Part shown: one piece after another, positions 1 through 13,539 of the stretch
How the letters are laid out: each line of letters begins with the position of its first letter
Numbering within the stretch: the stretch's first letter is position 1
The notes under the pieces: model-generated
Told to the model about the DNA's origin: nothing
The model's database searches: none
What the model saw: only the letters and a program-made list of their open reading frames with translations
Source: Mobula hypostoma
Taxonomy: Eukaryota
Direction of reading: 5' to 3'
Assembly: GCF_963921235.1 (NCBI RefSeq)
Contig: NC_086109.1
Location: forward strand, 24,182,001-24,246,000
DNA length: 64,000 bases
Program-made: the position numbers and the translations under genes

Positions 1-203
1 CTAGAAGGTCATAGGTGAAGCCAGGTGGATGTGAAAGGTAAAGGGCTGGAGAGGAAGGAATCTGATAGGAGAGGAGAGTGGACCACAGGAAAATGGGTAG
101 GAGGAGGGGACCCAGGACGAGGTGTTAGGCAGTTGAGAAGAGATAAGAGGCCACAAAGGGGAATAGAAGAAGAGGGGCAGTGGAGGGAATTTTTTTTTAC
201 CGG
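1..203 (-). mobile_element. Penelope-like element 3' region fragment (truncated by window start)
   Basis: Purine-rich tract that on the minus strand resembles the pyrimidine-rich 3' region following the GIY-YIG ORF at 58225-58520. Confidence 0.55.
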
Positions 204-546
204 ACTCTTGCTTCACACACCATATATTGGAAAGTATGTATACAATCGTGTTAACACAGAAAAAAGCAATTTAACCATTTGAGTCCACACTGGAGTGAAT
301 GGATTGTCTGGGGAAAGAGTTTACAACCCAGAATTTGTGAGTGACTAAGAATTAGAATGGCTCCAGCAGGGAAGACCTCCCAAAGTATAATCGTGATTAG
401 GAACAGAGGACATCATTAGGAAAGTCCAGCTTGTTCACTATTTGGCAAAATTGTGGATGAAATTTATATTTCCTCTCCTTTGGTCCCTATTCCCATTGCA
501 TCTCACACAATAAAAAAATCCGTCACTCCCAGTCTTGAACGGACAG

Positions 547-930
547 ATGGTAGCATTGTGGTAAGTTCCTGGCCTAGTAATTCAGAGGACTAAACTGATT
601 ATCTGGAAGCATAAGTTTAAATCCAGACACAGCAGCTGGGGAATTTAAACTCAGTTGATTAAATAAATCTGGAATAAAAGAAGGCAGTATCAGTAATTGT
701 GGCCATGAAACTAGCGGTTAATAGTTAACATCCATCTGTTTCTTTAATGATTTTGAAAATGAAAACCTACTGCTCTTTCCTCCTTGTCTGGCCTATATGT
801 GACTCCAGCCTAACAGGGTGCATTTGATTCTTCAGCTCCCTGTTAAGTGGCCCTGGCCAGTAAGTTCAAGGGTTCAAGGGCAGAAAGTGCTGCTCTTGCC
901 AGCAATGGACACTTCTAAGAATAAATAAAC
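547..930 (+). mobile_element. Old chondrichthyan tRNA-derived SINE
   Basis: Degenerate tRNA-like head, body motifs aaatctggaat / ccatgaaact / tctggcctatatgtgactccag, A-rich tail; inverted relative at 5058-5405. Confidence 0.65.
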
Positions 931-1210
931 AAAAGCTTCCAATTATACTCCTACTACCGCTCCCACCAACCCTTCCCCGCAACCCCTCTCCAAAGCAACA
1001 ATCGTTTTATGCAATTTTGTTCCAGGCCTTCTCTCCATTTTGTGCGAGGAAGGCCTTCTTGATTTTGATTTTACTTGTAAATGCACTGGCTCTAGTTTCA
1101 TATGTCTTCTCCCAGCAGAGGAAGAAACTCTTCTTGGTCTATGTTATAAAATCATTTTAATTATTTTCATACCATATCTTAGTCTTCTAAATTCACCAAA
1201 ATAAACAATG

Positions 1211-1422
1211 GAAGACTGGCAGTTGCCCATGCTGCAAGTCTCCCCTCTCCACACCACCGATGTTGTCCAATGCAAGAGCACTAGGGCTGATACAGCTTGG
1301 CACCGGTGTCGTCGCAGAGCAATGTGTGGTTAATTGCCTTGCTTAAGGACACATCACGCTGCCTCAGCTGAGGTTTGAACTAGTGACCTTCAGATCACTA
1401 GACCGACGCCTTAACCACTTGG
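1211..1422 (-). mobile_element. tRNA-derived SINE with CORE-like domain, 5' part
   Basis: Minus strand reads ccaagtggttaaggcg (A box) ... gttcaaacc (B box) ... tgtgtccttaagcaaggcaattaacc (core-like); same family as 37360-37532. Confidence 0.7.
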
Positions 1423-1514
1423 ATTATACTGTATATACTGTATATGTATATAGTTAAATGACGATAAACTTGACTTGATTTAATGACTTTAAATCATTTG
1501 CATTTAATCTTGAT

Positions 1515-1700
1515 GGATGCAACAAACAATTTGATGGAGGAATGCAATTGGTTGAGCAGCGTCTGTGGAGGGGGGAGCAAAAGAACTGTCAATATTTTGG
1601 GGGAGAAAACATCATCAGGACTGTACTCAGACACTGAAAACCCCTCTCCCCTGACAGATTGTTTGTTGCTCCAGATTCCGATATCTGCATCTTTTGTATC
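1515..1700. mobile_element. Degenerate palindromic Penelope-derived element
   Basis: Inverted arms (gcaacaaacaat ... attgtttgttgc) related to the elements at 23093 and 34803. Confidence 0.6.
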
Positions 1701-2689
1701 AGTCTTGAGGGAAGGATTTGCATATCCCTGCACAAGCAAGGAAAGGCATTGTCACCCAAGCAGTGAATCCGTGGGATCTCACAGCAAAAGAGAACTCTTA
1801 AAACTGAGGCGGGCAAGTTAATCTTGTGGGCAGATATGATAAATCACACCTTCAATTGGTTATGAGGGAATATTGGCCCCTCCCTTCCCATACACTCTAA
1901 GAGCATTTTGAAGAGAATTGTATAGATGCTGCACGGCAAATATGGCCTTGAGGGAAGAGTTTCTGTCATGATTTATTTACAGGCGCCAGCAGAGATTCAA
2001 TGGGCCGAATATCCCCCTTCTATAGCAGAATTATTTATAATTCTACAAATTTAAAAACACACTTGGAATAAAGCAGCATACCACAATTTTTTTAGGTCTG
2101 TATGTATCTGATAATTCATTATTCTTACATTATACTGAAAAGTAATAGTTAATTTCTTCAAAGACAAACAAAGTACGTCTTCAGATTTTCTGGCATCCCT
2201 TACTGATGTCCGCTTTTTGAAGAGATGTGAAGTTGGTGAAGTGATGATTTCATTGGCAACCTGGCAGATGAACGAACCCCATGTTCATTATACCCTGGTG
2301 GTACCTGGTATTAGCATCCATGTAATCTGACTTGGTTTATGGGTTTCAAAAATGCACCAGAGTCTTGAGCACATAATTGGGGAATTGAAACTAATGCAGT
2401 ACTGAGGAAGTGTTTTGCTACTGGAGTCTTTTCTGCCTTTTAAATTTGTGCTAGTATACCTTACTGCACTACTTTAAAGAAGAGAAAGAAAGTTAGCTTT
2501 ATGCCTAAGTACTTTCATCCCATGCCACAAAGTTGAAGTTGAATGAACCAAAGATTCCAGACATGAAAGGATGGTATCGTCCATGTCATAGCTCAGATTC
2601 CTTCTACAGAAAACCATCACATCTGGTGAAGTCAATCCCTCCCCCTTTTTATCTCATAAGTGATCTTGTCACCGCTGCCCCAATCATAG

Positions 2690-3040
2690 ATACTTTGGAA
2701 GGTCACCATTGACCAGAGAATTAACAGAACTAGCCACATAAACATTGTGGTGCGAGAGGATGTATTCTACAGAGTGAAATTCACCTCTTTACACTCCAAG
2801 GCCTTTCCACTATCTAAAAAATCCATCCATTGTAGCAAAATACTCTCCCAGATTCTTGACATCATCCAGTACAAAGCAGCACGCGTGACTGGCCCTCATA
2901 TGCACCAACAAGCCTTAATCCTCCCCACTACCAGAGTACTGTTTGTGCAGTGTGAAGCCTGAAGTTCGCTCCTCAATAACACCTCATAAAGTGGATCAGG
3001 ACAACAAATACACTGGAGTACCACCACCTGTGGGTTGTGA
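2690..3040 (+). mobile_element. Ancient CR1/L2-group LINE ORF2 3' remnant
   Basis: Degraded LDIIQYKAAR-like reading typical of a LINE RT C-terminal region; similar remnant near 9830-9970. Confidence 0.45.
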
Positions 3041-3134
3041 CAATATTATGTGTGCCCATTCGAGAGTGCTAAACTTAAGTCAAGACTTTTAAGTGTAAGT
3101 ATCTACAAGTACCCTCAATTTAGGGTGATGATGC

Positions 3135-3392
3135 ATCTGAGATCAGAGGCCCAATATGGCAAATCCACGGGTCCAATGGAAGCTGGAGACCTGTCTGTGG
3201 GTGTGAGTGAGTGAGTGGGTGGGCGGGCTTGTTTTGCTGTTGTTGCTTTGTTGCTGTATATTATGGCCATGCTATGTGGGTGCTGGAATATGTGGAGACA
3301 CTTGCAGGCTGCCCCTAGCACATCCTTAGGTTGTGCTGGTTGTTAATACATTTCGCTGCATGTACATATGACAAATAAATCTGAATTTGAGT
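3135..3392 (+). mobile_element. Non-autonomous retroelement with a 3' tail shared with local V-SINEs
   Basis: 3' part (gcaggctgcccc..cacatcc..gtacatatgacaaataaa) matches 9200-9505 and the tails of the SINEs at 42436-43075. Confidence 0.6.
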
Positions 3393-3419
3393 CATTTCTC
3401 CCCCCTCTGCGACTGAGTC

Positions 3420-3655
3420 TCATCTCTCGGCTGGTTGTAAAAGATCCCATAGCTCCACTCAAAGTAGATTGAGAAAGTTCCCCTCAGTGCCCCAACCAAT
3501 TATTAGCCCTCAATCAAAATCACTAAAGCAGACTACCTTGCTGTTTCCCTGTTTTTGGGAGCCTACTGTGCAAAAAAAAACTAGTTGCTACGCTGCCTCC
3601 AACAATGACTACACTTCAAACGTATTTTATTAACTGTAAAGCACTTTGGGATATT
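3420..3655 (+). mobile_element. Deu-domain SINE (SacSINE1-like) remnant
   Basis: gtaaaagatcccat ... ccctcaatcaaaatcactaaagcaga ... gactacacttcaaa ... ctgtaaagcactttggga. Confidence 0.7.
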
Positions 3656-5057
3656 TCTCCTTTTTTTTTCCCTCCTTTGAACAAATAATCCAGTGTCTTC
3701 TTGAATACTGTAATCAATTTCACATCGATCATCCCTCGTGGCTAAACATTCCTCAGGCTGATAACTCTTTGTGTGTAGAAGTTCCTTCTAATCTCTGCTT
3801 TCTTGGAACCACTGCTTATCCTGAGATCAAGGTCTCCTGTCTTCGATCTATTCATGTGCACCATGTCAATTCCTTTTATTATTTTAAATAATTCCCCAAC
3901 CATAAGTGATCTACATCGCTCATCCACAAAGAGTTTGTGATTCCATCATATTGCAACATATATTGCTCTGGTAACCTCTGTATGTAATTACTGATAATTA
4001 ATGTCCAGACAGTTATGCCTGCCTTAAAACATCTGTATTTCTCATCTGGAAGGATTAAAAGGTCTATCTTAATGGAGTCTTTATCCTCCTTGTATTCCAT
4101 ACATTCCAAAGTGAACAGTCCAGGGACATATATCAAATTTATGGGATGCCTCACACTTCAGTAGGAAAAATCTAGATGCGGTGTCAAAATCTGTAAAATA
4201 TGGCCTTGAACTTTTTTCACATTTTCTATTCAAAGAGCAGATGGTGTCAATTTTCTCTATAAAGAACCATGCATTAGTTTGGTATTATTACTGTGTGAAG
4301 GATAGATTTATGCACTGTAATCGCCATCAGATCTCTATAGCATTCCTCTCTCACTTATTTCACTCAGTCACTTCCTAAAGGTTAAATGTCTAATCTCCCC
4401 GGCAGGGACTGTATTGAGAGGCTCCTCTTCCTGGCCAAAGTCAGGGTTTGCAGATTGAATTCCGCCTTAGGGAAGCACTATTAAAACAAAACACAAAGGA
4501 ATTAAGGGCTTCCCCGACTGCCTCATCCGCTAAATGTCCCACCCAGTCAGAAAGTGTCATTCAAACCAGCAAGAGATTTAAGCCCCTGGTTTGCAGTGAA
4601 CTCAACGAGGTCAACACTAGGTCCCTAATAAATTTGTTCTCACTGTGGCTGGGCTGCGAAGGATTAAGATCAGTCCAAGACTTCTGTTCCTGATCTCTGC
4701 CCTGCAACTGCTGCTGAGAAAAGCATTGCTATGGGGGTGTGTATAAGCAGGACTGAGCTTGTCTTATGACCTTAAATAACCAGTTAGCTTCCACTATCCA
4801 GATACACACAGCATCTCTGGTAGATGCAGTACTAATGGTCTGTTTCAGGTTATTTCTTTAAGATTGATCCAAATAACTAGATTCTTAGATCCTCAGATTA
4901 AATGATCCCTGATGGTGAAACTTTGTGCTTACTCTCTCTGCGGGGACAGAGAGCACACGATGTTGATCCTGTGATACAGACTTGAATCCTCCTCCAACTT
5001 AAGCCAAGGATCGGAATTTGAAAAAAAAAATGCGATTTCTCAGTTTATGTTTATTTG

Positions 5058-5405
5058 TTCTCAGGATGCGGGTGTTGCAGACAAAGCTACCGTTTACTGT
5101 GTGTTCCTGGCTGGCTTGATGCAGCTCAGCGACTGACTGAACCACTTCAGAGAAGAACTAAGAGTCCACCACAATAGAGTTACACCAAGGCCAGAGAGAA
5201 TAAGGACTGCAGGCTGCCTCGTCTCAAGGGAGATTTGGGTTTCACTACAATCTGACAGCTTTCCGGTTATTATTACTGATTTTTCCAGATTTTCTTCTAG
5301 GAGAATATCAAATTCTGAAGTTGTCCTGTTGGAACCTCTTCTTATACTCTGGGGTTTTGTCCAAGGCCTATAGATTAGCAGTCCTGTGTAAAACCAGCAC
5401 ACCAG
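5058..5405 (-). mobile_element. Old tRNA-derived SINE (family of 547-930)
   Basis: Reverse-complement similarity to 547-930. Confidence 0.55.
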
Positions 5406-5528
5406 TTACCAACTCAGTCAGAGGAGGAAACCTGGTCTAAAGGAGGGGGAAGCATTGAAACACAGCCAGTAGGTACCATTGTGACCCACCAATCAGGGTG
5501 CCTTATCAGGGAGAGTGGGGTCCATATT

Positions 5529-5810
5529 GGGGTGGCATGGTAGTGTGGTGCTTAGCACAATGCATTACAGTACAGTTAACCCGGGTTCATTTCCCGCCAC
5601 TGCCTGTAAGGAGTTTGTACGTTCTCCCCGTGACCACGTGGGTTTCCTCCAGGTGCCCTGGTTTCCTCCCACATTCCAAAGACGGTCCAGTTGGTACGTT
5701 AATTGGTCGATGCAAATTGTCCTGAGGTTAGGCTAGGCTTAAATTGGGGGATTGCTGGATATTGCGGCTCGACGAGCTGGAAGGGCCTACTTTGAGCTGC
5801 ATCTCAATAA
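5529..5810 (+). mobile_element. V-SINE (HE1-like)
   Basis: A box tggcatggtagtgtgg, B box gggttcatttcc, V-domain gttctccccgtgaccacgtgggtttcctcc..ggtttcctcccacattccaaagac, CR1-like tail gaagggcct; followed by a (TAAT)n tract to ~5850. Confidence 0.85.
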
Positions 5811-5933
5811 TATTTAATATTAATTAATTAATTAATTATTAATAATTAACATTTGACATGAGTGACTGTGCAATCTGGGAGCAAATGTATCACCACCTGC
5901 TTCGTGCTTCACGTAGGAAGGGACATTTCATAA

Positions 5934-6228
5934 AAGTTCAAAAATGAGTTTATTCTTAAAGTGCATAAATGTCACTATAGACTACCTTGAGATTCATTTA
6001 CTTCAGCCATTCCGTAAAACAAAGAAATGCAGTAGAATTAATGAATAACTACACATAAAGACTGAGCAACCACCAACATGCAAAAGAAGACAAGCCGTAC
6101 AAGTGACAAGTAAATAGATAAATAATGAATGAATGAATAAATAAATTGTACTGAGAACATGAGTCCTTGAAAGTGAGTCCATAGGATGTAGAATCAGTTC
6201 AGAGTTGAGGTGAGTGAAGGTACCCACA
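5934..6228 (-). mobile_element. Rex1/Babar LINE 3' UTR fragment
   Basis: Matches the 3' UTR attached to RT-bearing fragments at 49165-49860 and 50955-51551. Confidence 0.7.
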
Positions 6229-7581
6229 GTCCCAATTTACTATCATCCCTCTTGTGTCCTTGCCTTGGTACTTCCACCCATTAATTTCTTTCACAGTTTT
6301 GTCAAAGTGACTCTTTCTCTTGTAATCTCAGCAAGTCATTACTGTCTGGGGATCTTCTCAGAAGTGACATGACAGGGCATTTTCATTTCTATACAATTTG
6401 GGGCACCTGAGATACACTGTCATTTACTTTGTAGATATAGGTTGAGATATAATACCCAACCACATTCTTCACCAACATTGCAAAGTTCGTTCCTTGGTGA
6501 TGGTTCATCCCTCCAGTTCATATGTGTAGAGATCAATTCCAACAGCCTTCTCGAACATCTAAGCTGATGCTCCCACCCAGCCACACCTGCAGGCAGTCCT
6601 CCAGCCCCAGGGCAGACTCCCTCCTGGCCTCCAGTGTCTATAGCACTCTCAGATTTGCCGTCATTGGGCGTCTGAGTTCTGAAGTATCATCTTTCTAAAT
6701 TGAAGGTACTTGAAAGTCCAGGGACTTTCTAGTCAACGGGACACTAGGTGTTGCCCACATACAATGAAGCAGCAAGTTTAAACGGTCTCTTATGTGACTC
6801 ATTATCAAACATCACCTAATTGTTTTATTAATAAACTGAGGTACCACACTTGCTGCCATCAGCACCCTCCCCCATAAAAGAGGAAAAACTACAAAACTCT
6901 TAAACTTCCTGTAAAATCCCCAGCCAAGCCTGGACTGGTGAATTCCCCATTCTCTTCTCAATCTCAATAGCCAGAGGAAAAAAAAATTAAATCCAGCTCA
7001 GAGTTTCCATTTAATCACAGCAAAAATAATAAATATTTGATAAAATAACAGATCCTCAGGCAGAACTCAACAAACACATTTCTGACTCATTTCTAATTAA
7101 CAGCGTGATTTCTGAATCAAGGACCCATCCTAATATTTATCTCCTAATAATGGAAATAGGTTGATAGGAGACTCCTGCAAGTTGAAGAGATCCTTATCAA
7201 CAAAGACAGACATTCTGCCAGCAAGAAACTGCTTAGAAGCTCTGAGAAAGATCAGTGCAAAGCTTCTAGAGGCTAAGTCTTTCTTACCTTCCTCCTCATT
7301 TTCTACTTTCTTCTCTTTGATGGCAATGACTGTGCCTGGGGTACATTGCAAATAGGCATAAATGTTACAATAGGATTATTTAAAGCATCTGTGAAGTGCT
7401 TCCTACGGTGGGCCTACACCCCCGGGACAAGTGGTATTGTGGGAAAGTGCCTATTGGGCAGATCCCTGTCTGAGGCTGTATCCATGAAACGTATCCTGGT
7501 GAGAGACATGGGATGTTTCTCAGTGTGAGACAATGCCCGTGAAGTATATCTTAGTACGAGAGAGTGCTCGTTGGATAAAGG

Positions 7582-7725
7582 AGACACAAGAGAATGTAGA
7601 TGCTGGAATCTGGAGCAGCAGAAAATATCCGCTGGAGGAACGCAGAGGGTTGAGCTGCATCTGCAGGAGGAAAGGAATTGTCGGCATTTCAGGTCAGAAC
7701 AGTATCCTGACAGTTCCTTTGCTCC
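7582..7725 (-). mobile_element. Penelope-derived terminal-repeat fragment
   Basis: gatgctggaatctggagc..ctggaggaac..gcatctg motif shared with 19043 and 23093. Confidence 0.65.
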
Positions 7726-7774
7726 TTGATGCTTCTTGACCAGTAGAGTTTTTGAATGATATTTTATTTCATTT

Positions 7775-8030
7775 ATTAAGATATACAGCACAGCAAAAGG
7801 CCCTTCTGCCCAACGAGTCTGCACCGCCCAATTAAACCCACGGGAGCAATTACACTACTGACCTGTAAGCACTAACTAACCCATATGTCCCTGGAAAGCA
7901 GGAGTTAACTGGGCCACCTGGAGGAACCCCATGTGGTCACAGGGAAGACACACAAGCTCCTTACAGATAGTGATGGAAATGATCCTGGCTTGCTGCAACT
8001 GTAATGGTGTTAAGCCAACCACTAAACTGT
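7775..8030 (-). mobile_element. V-SINE (HE1-like)
   Basis: Reverse complement of V-domain and CR1-like tail. Confidence 0.7.
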
Positions 8031-9199
8031 GGTTCGGTGTTTTAGATTCTGTGTTTTTCGCTCTTTTATCGCCGTTTGCACGAAATGTTCTTTTTTTAAT
8101 CGCACATTGGGTGTTAGTTGCTTTCTTTGAACGGGTTCCATGATGAATCGCAGGGTTGTTTACTGCATACCTACTTTGATAATAAATGTACTTTGAATTT
8201 TGATGCTGCCATGCTGCCCCAGACAGTTTCTCCACCAGAGTATTTGCGACCCATGGGATAAGTACCAGTATCCTATGGGGTAAAAGGCAGCGTGGCAGTA
8301 TCAGTGGGTGACAAACACGACTGTGAGACAGAGCATCTGGGGTGTATCATAATCTGAGACAGTGTGTGTGGAATATATCCCAGGATTAGACAGTGCCTGT
8401 GCAGTGTATTTTAGTGTGCATTGCAGAAGGAGGGACTGTGTCTATGAGGTGCATCTCAGAATAATGTTAATTCTGGAGGGAAACAGTGCCTGTAAGGCAT
8501 ATATACCAGAATTAAATACTTTCCTCAGGTGTGTCCCAGTTGGAGTGAAAACCTTGCATCAGAATTAAATTTAGAACAATTAATTCTATTACATATAAGG
8601 GGCTTACTTAATTTTGAAAGTTGCCCTCCCTATACTTTGCCACCCATTTGCATGAAGCGATTCCATTACATATCTTTTAGACTTCTCTAAGCAACAGAGA
8701 ATTGTTTGTATCAAATCACTTCCTCTGAGGACCTGATGTGTAATGTCTGTTGTGTTGTAACAAGTATACTGGCAGCCTTACAGTCAAGGCCAATTCAGTT
8801 GCCAAACCACAACCCAAAATAAAGCAAGCTACCCAGCTCCCTTGATAACTGAAAGATAAATACTCTAGCACTGAAGCACAAAGAACAGAAACATTCCCAA
8901 TTCAATTCTTACTCAGCTAGTCCTAGGTTAGGTGCTGTAATATGACAACAGCCTATATATACTATGATGTTATGACTTTTGGAAGATTAGCATGATGTAC
9001 TCAGATGAAGTACCCTTCACAGAAGAAGAGCATGCCAACATTCACTGTCGAGGCTTACAATGGTTCAAAATTTACTCAATCCAGAGGAAATGTAGAAAAT
9101 TTGTGAAAACTTTTGTTTTTTGGAAAGAGGTTAGCATTCTCCTTGGTAAATGGACTCTTTCAGGCTTACACAGGTGGCCTTGGGTCCTGCCATGTTTGA

Positions 9200-9505
9200 G
9201 AATCCCAATATTGCCCCAATCCCTCTTTCTTCCTGTCTCACCTCAGCCCTGGGGTTAAAGGTCTATGGGTGGGAGGGAGAAACAGGGATTCTTTTGCTGT
9301 TTTTGCTTCGTCGCTTGGTACATTCTGTTTTGTTGTCATCTGCGTTGTTCTGCTGAACATTGTGGGCACGCTATATTGGAGCCAGAATATGTGGCAACAT
9401 TTGTGGGCTGCCCCCAGCACACCCTTAGCTTGTGTTGGTTAACGCAAACGACACAATCCACTGCATGCTTTGATGTACATGTGATAAAGAAATTAATCTG
9501 AACCT
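9200..9505 (+). mobile_element. Non-autonomous retroelement (family of 3135-3392)
   Basis: Shared 3' ~170 bp ending gtacatgtgataaagaaattaatctgaa. Confidence 0.6.
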
Positions 9506-12500
9506 GAGTCCGAGGAAATCTGATTATTGATGGGAATCGTTACTGTTAAAACCTTCTCCATTGAGTATCAGCGACTTTATTAATGCTCAGCCTTTCAGCA
9601 AATGTTCTAGACTTTTCAGTAGAGTTACCACTGATAGAAACTGAATTGAGGTAAGAAAATCAACACTGCTGTGGCAATGAGAGCTCAGTGGCTGCACATT
9701 CTGTGATGAGTATAGTGTCCCCTAAACTTTCAAAACTTCTTCAGTGCTCATATGGCCCAAACAGGAGAATGATAGAAAGCTTAGGACTCACTTGGAAAGA
9801 GCCACAATAAAGCACTCAAGAAAAACAAAGCAACTTATTCATTAAATTTTTAACCCATGGAATGAATCCACATACTTCTTCCACTGATTCACTGCAACCG
9901 CAGTACATACCCTCTAAAAGCATAAAGAGCAGACACTCACCAAGGTCACTTCAAGGTGCCTCCTAAGCAAGTAGAAATTACATTGGGCAAAAAGAAACTA
10001 AGACCATAAGACACCGGAGAGGAATTAAGCCATTCATCCTATCGAATCTGCTCCACCATCTGATTGTGGCTGAACTATTTCCCTCTCAATCCAATTCTCC
10101 TGCCTTCTTCCTGTAACCTTTCACACTGACTCATCTGGAATCTATCAGCCTCCACCTGAAATACACCCAATGACATAGCGTCCACAGCCACCAGTGGCAA
10201 CATATTCCACAGATTCAATGCCATCTGGCAAAAGAAAATTCCCCCTCATCTCTGTTCTAAATGGGTGTTCTTCTATTCTGAGATTGTACACTTTGGTCCT
10301 AGACTCTCCCCCTATAGAAAATATCCTCTTCGCATCCACTCAAGGCTTTGCAATATTCAATAATTTTCCTTGACATTCGATAGTTTTCCTTGAGACCCCC
10401 CTTCATTCTTCTAACTTCCACTGAGTACAGGCACAGAGCAATCAAACGCTTCTCCAATGATAAGCCTTTCATTCCCGGAATCATTTTGGTGAACCTCTTT
10501 GAACCCTCGCCAATGTCAGCACTTCCCTTCTTAGATAAAAGGCCCAAAACTGCTCACAATACTCCAAGTGAGGACTCACCAGTGCCTTATAAGGCCTCAG
10601 CATTACATCCTTGTTTTTATATTCTGGTCCCCGTGAAATGAATGCTAACATCCATTTGCTTTCCTCACCACTGACTCAGACTGTAAGTTAACCTTTAGGG
10701 AATCCTGCACAAGGATTCCCAAATTCCTCTGCGTCTCAGATTTTTGAATTTTCGCCCCATTTAGAAAATCATCTACACTTTTAATCCTTTTACCAAAATG
10801 CATGACTATATACCTCCCAACATTATATTCCATCTGCCTCTTCTTTGCCTATTCTCCTAATTGATTAAGTACTTCTGTAGCCTCCCTGCTCCCTAAACAC
10901 TGTCTGCCCCTCCACCTATCTTTTTATCATCTGTAAACTTAGCGACAAAGCCATCAATTTCATCATCCAAATCATTGCCATATTACACCACTAGTCACTG
11001 GCAGCCGATAGGAAAAGGCTTGCTTTATTCCCGCTCTTTGCCTCCAGCCAGTAAGTCAATGCTCTATCATGCTTGTATCTTTTCTGTAATTCCGTGGGCT
11101 CTTATCTTGCTAAGCAGCCTCATCAGCAGCACCTTGTCAAAGGCCTACTGAAAATCAAATTATGCAACATTCACCAATCATCCTTTGTTTATCCTCCTTG
11201 TTATTTCCTCAAAGAATTCTAACAGGTTTGTCAGGCAATATTTTCCCTTAAGGAAACTAAGCTGACTTTGGCCTATTTTACCATGTGCCTCCAAGCACCC
11301 TGAAATCTTATCCTTAACAATCAACTTCAACATCTTTCCAAACACTGTGGTCAGGCTAACTGGCCTATAATTTCCTTTCTTCTGCCTCCCTCTCTTCCTG
11401 AAGAGTGGAGTGACATTTGCAATTTTCCAGACCTCCAGGACCATGCCAGAATCTTGTGAAAGGTCATTACTAATGCCTCCACAATCTCTTCAACTACCTT
11501 TTTCAGGACCCTGGGCTGTAGTCCATCAGGTCCAGGTAACTTACCGAGCTTTAGTCCTTTCAACCTCCAAAGCACCTTCTCCCTATTAATAGTAACTGCC
11601 CTCACTTCTGCCCCCTGACACTCTCGAATTTCTGGCATACTGTCAGTGTCTTACACAGTGAAGAATGATGCAAAATACTTATTCAGTTCACCTGATTACC
11701 TTGTTCCCCCTTACTACCTCTCCAGCGTCATTTTCCAGTGGTTCAATATCTACCCACGCCTCTCATACTTTTTACATACCTGAGAAAAATCTTGATACCC
11801 TCTTTCATATTATGGCTAGCTTACCCTCATATTTCATCTTTTCCATCATTATGGTTTTTTTGGTTGCCTTCTGTTGGTTTTGAATCCTCTAACTTCCCAC
11901 TGACTTTTGCTCTTTTATATGCCTTTGCTTTGACTTCCTTTGTCAGCCACACTTGTGTCATCCTGCTTTTAGAATAGTTCTTCCTTGGGATGTATCTATC
12001 CTGCACTTTGCGAATTGCTCCCAGAAACTCCAGCCAAAGCTGGTCTATCATTATCCCTGCGGGTGTCCTCACTTTGAATCAACTTTCGCCAGCTCCTCTC
12101 TGATGCCTTTGTAATTCCCTTTACTTCACTGTAATAGTGATACATGTGACTTTAGCTTCTCCCTTTCAAACTGCAGTATGAATTTTTATCATATTATGAT
12201 CACTGCCTCCTGAGGGTTCCTTTACCTTAAGGTCCCTAATTAAATGTTGTGGTTCATTACACAACATCCTTTCCAGAGTAGCTGATTTCATTTCTGGGCT
12301 CCACCACAAGCTGCACTAAAAAGCCATCTCACAGGCATTCTCTAAATTCTCTCTCTTGGGATCCAAAATTAGCACCAACCTGTTTTTCCCAAACTACCTG
12401 CATATTGGCGTCCCCCATGACTATCGTAACATTGCCCTTTAGATTTACATCTGCTATCTCCCACTGCAATTTGTAGGCCACATCCTGGTTACTGTTCAGA

Positions 12501-12710
12501 TGCCTATATATAACTCCCACCGGAGTCTTTTATCACCCTTGCAATTTCTTTACTTTACCCACAGCTTTCTAACTAGCTCCCTAAATTCCCTCTTCAGGAC
12601 CTCCTCCATTTCCTTACCAATATGTACTCCATCTCACAGTAACGGAGTAAGTTACAGTTTTTTGGTATTTAGTACAAACAGTTAGCATTAGAGGTAAGCA
12701 TCTAGGATTA

Positions 12711-13539
12711 GTGTTGTGCTTGGAGTGCCAGATGTGGGGACCCTGGGAGACTCCCAGCCTCCCCAAGGATTACATCTGCACCAGGTGCACTGAGATGAGG
12801 CTCCTGAAGGACCATGTTAAGGAGCTTGAGATGGAAATTGATGACCTTCAGCTAATTAGGGAAAGTGAGGAGGTGATAGATACTACCTATAGAGAGTCCT
12901 GTGACAGTCCCCCTCAGAAATCGATATATCATTTTGGATACTGTTGAAGAGGCAGACCTGACAGAGGAGGACCACAGTGAACGAGACTCTGGCATTCTGC
13001 CCAGTGCCAAAATCAAGAGAGCAAGAAGAAATGTGGTAGTTATAGGGGATTCCATCGTAAGGGGGATGGACAAGAGACTCTGTGAGCCGGACGAGGATAC
13101 CCGGATGGTGTGTTGCCTCCCTGGTGCCCAGGTACGGGATGTCTCAGATCGAGTCCAGAGCATTCTGAGGAGAGAGGGCGAGCAGCCGGAAGTCTTGGTA
13201 CATGTTGGTACCAATGACATAGACAGAAAAAGAGAGGAGGTCCTGAAGAAAGATTACTGGGAGCTAGGAAGAAAATTGAAAAGCTGGACCTCCAGAGTAA
13301 TAATATCAGGATTGCTGCCTGAGCTGCGCGCTAATGATGGTAAGAATAGCAGAATTAATCAGATGAATATGTGGCTAAGTAACTGGTGCAGGGGGCAGGG
13401 CTTCAAATTCTTGAATCATTGGGATCTATTTTGGGGAAGTTATGACTTATACAAAAAAGATGGATTACACCTGAACCCAAAAGGTACTAATATCCTGGCG
13501 GGATTGTTTAATCTAGCTGTTAGGGAGGGTTTAAACTAA
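12711..13539 (+). pseudogene. CR1 ORF1p: Cys-rich zinc finger, coiled coil and SGNH/GDSL-like esterase; deletion/frameshift near 12895
   Basis: CLECQMW..ICTRC, then VVIGDSIVRG, CLPGA, VHVGTND, DGLHLN esterase blocks. Confidence 0.9.

Noticed and set aside
4520..4830. Possible ancient SINE
   Set aside because: Too degenerate to assign a family or boundaries by eye
9599..9656. Possible + strand exon ending GAG|gtaaga
   Set aside because: Weak, ambiguous acceptors and unrecognised peptide
12901..13539. Stand-alone GDSL lipase gene
   Set aside because: It is the known esterase domain of CR1 ORF1p, directly upstream of ORF2
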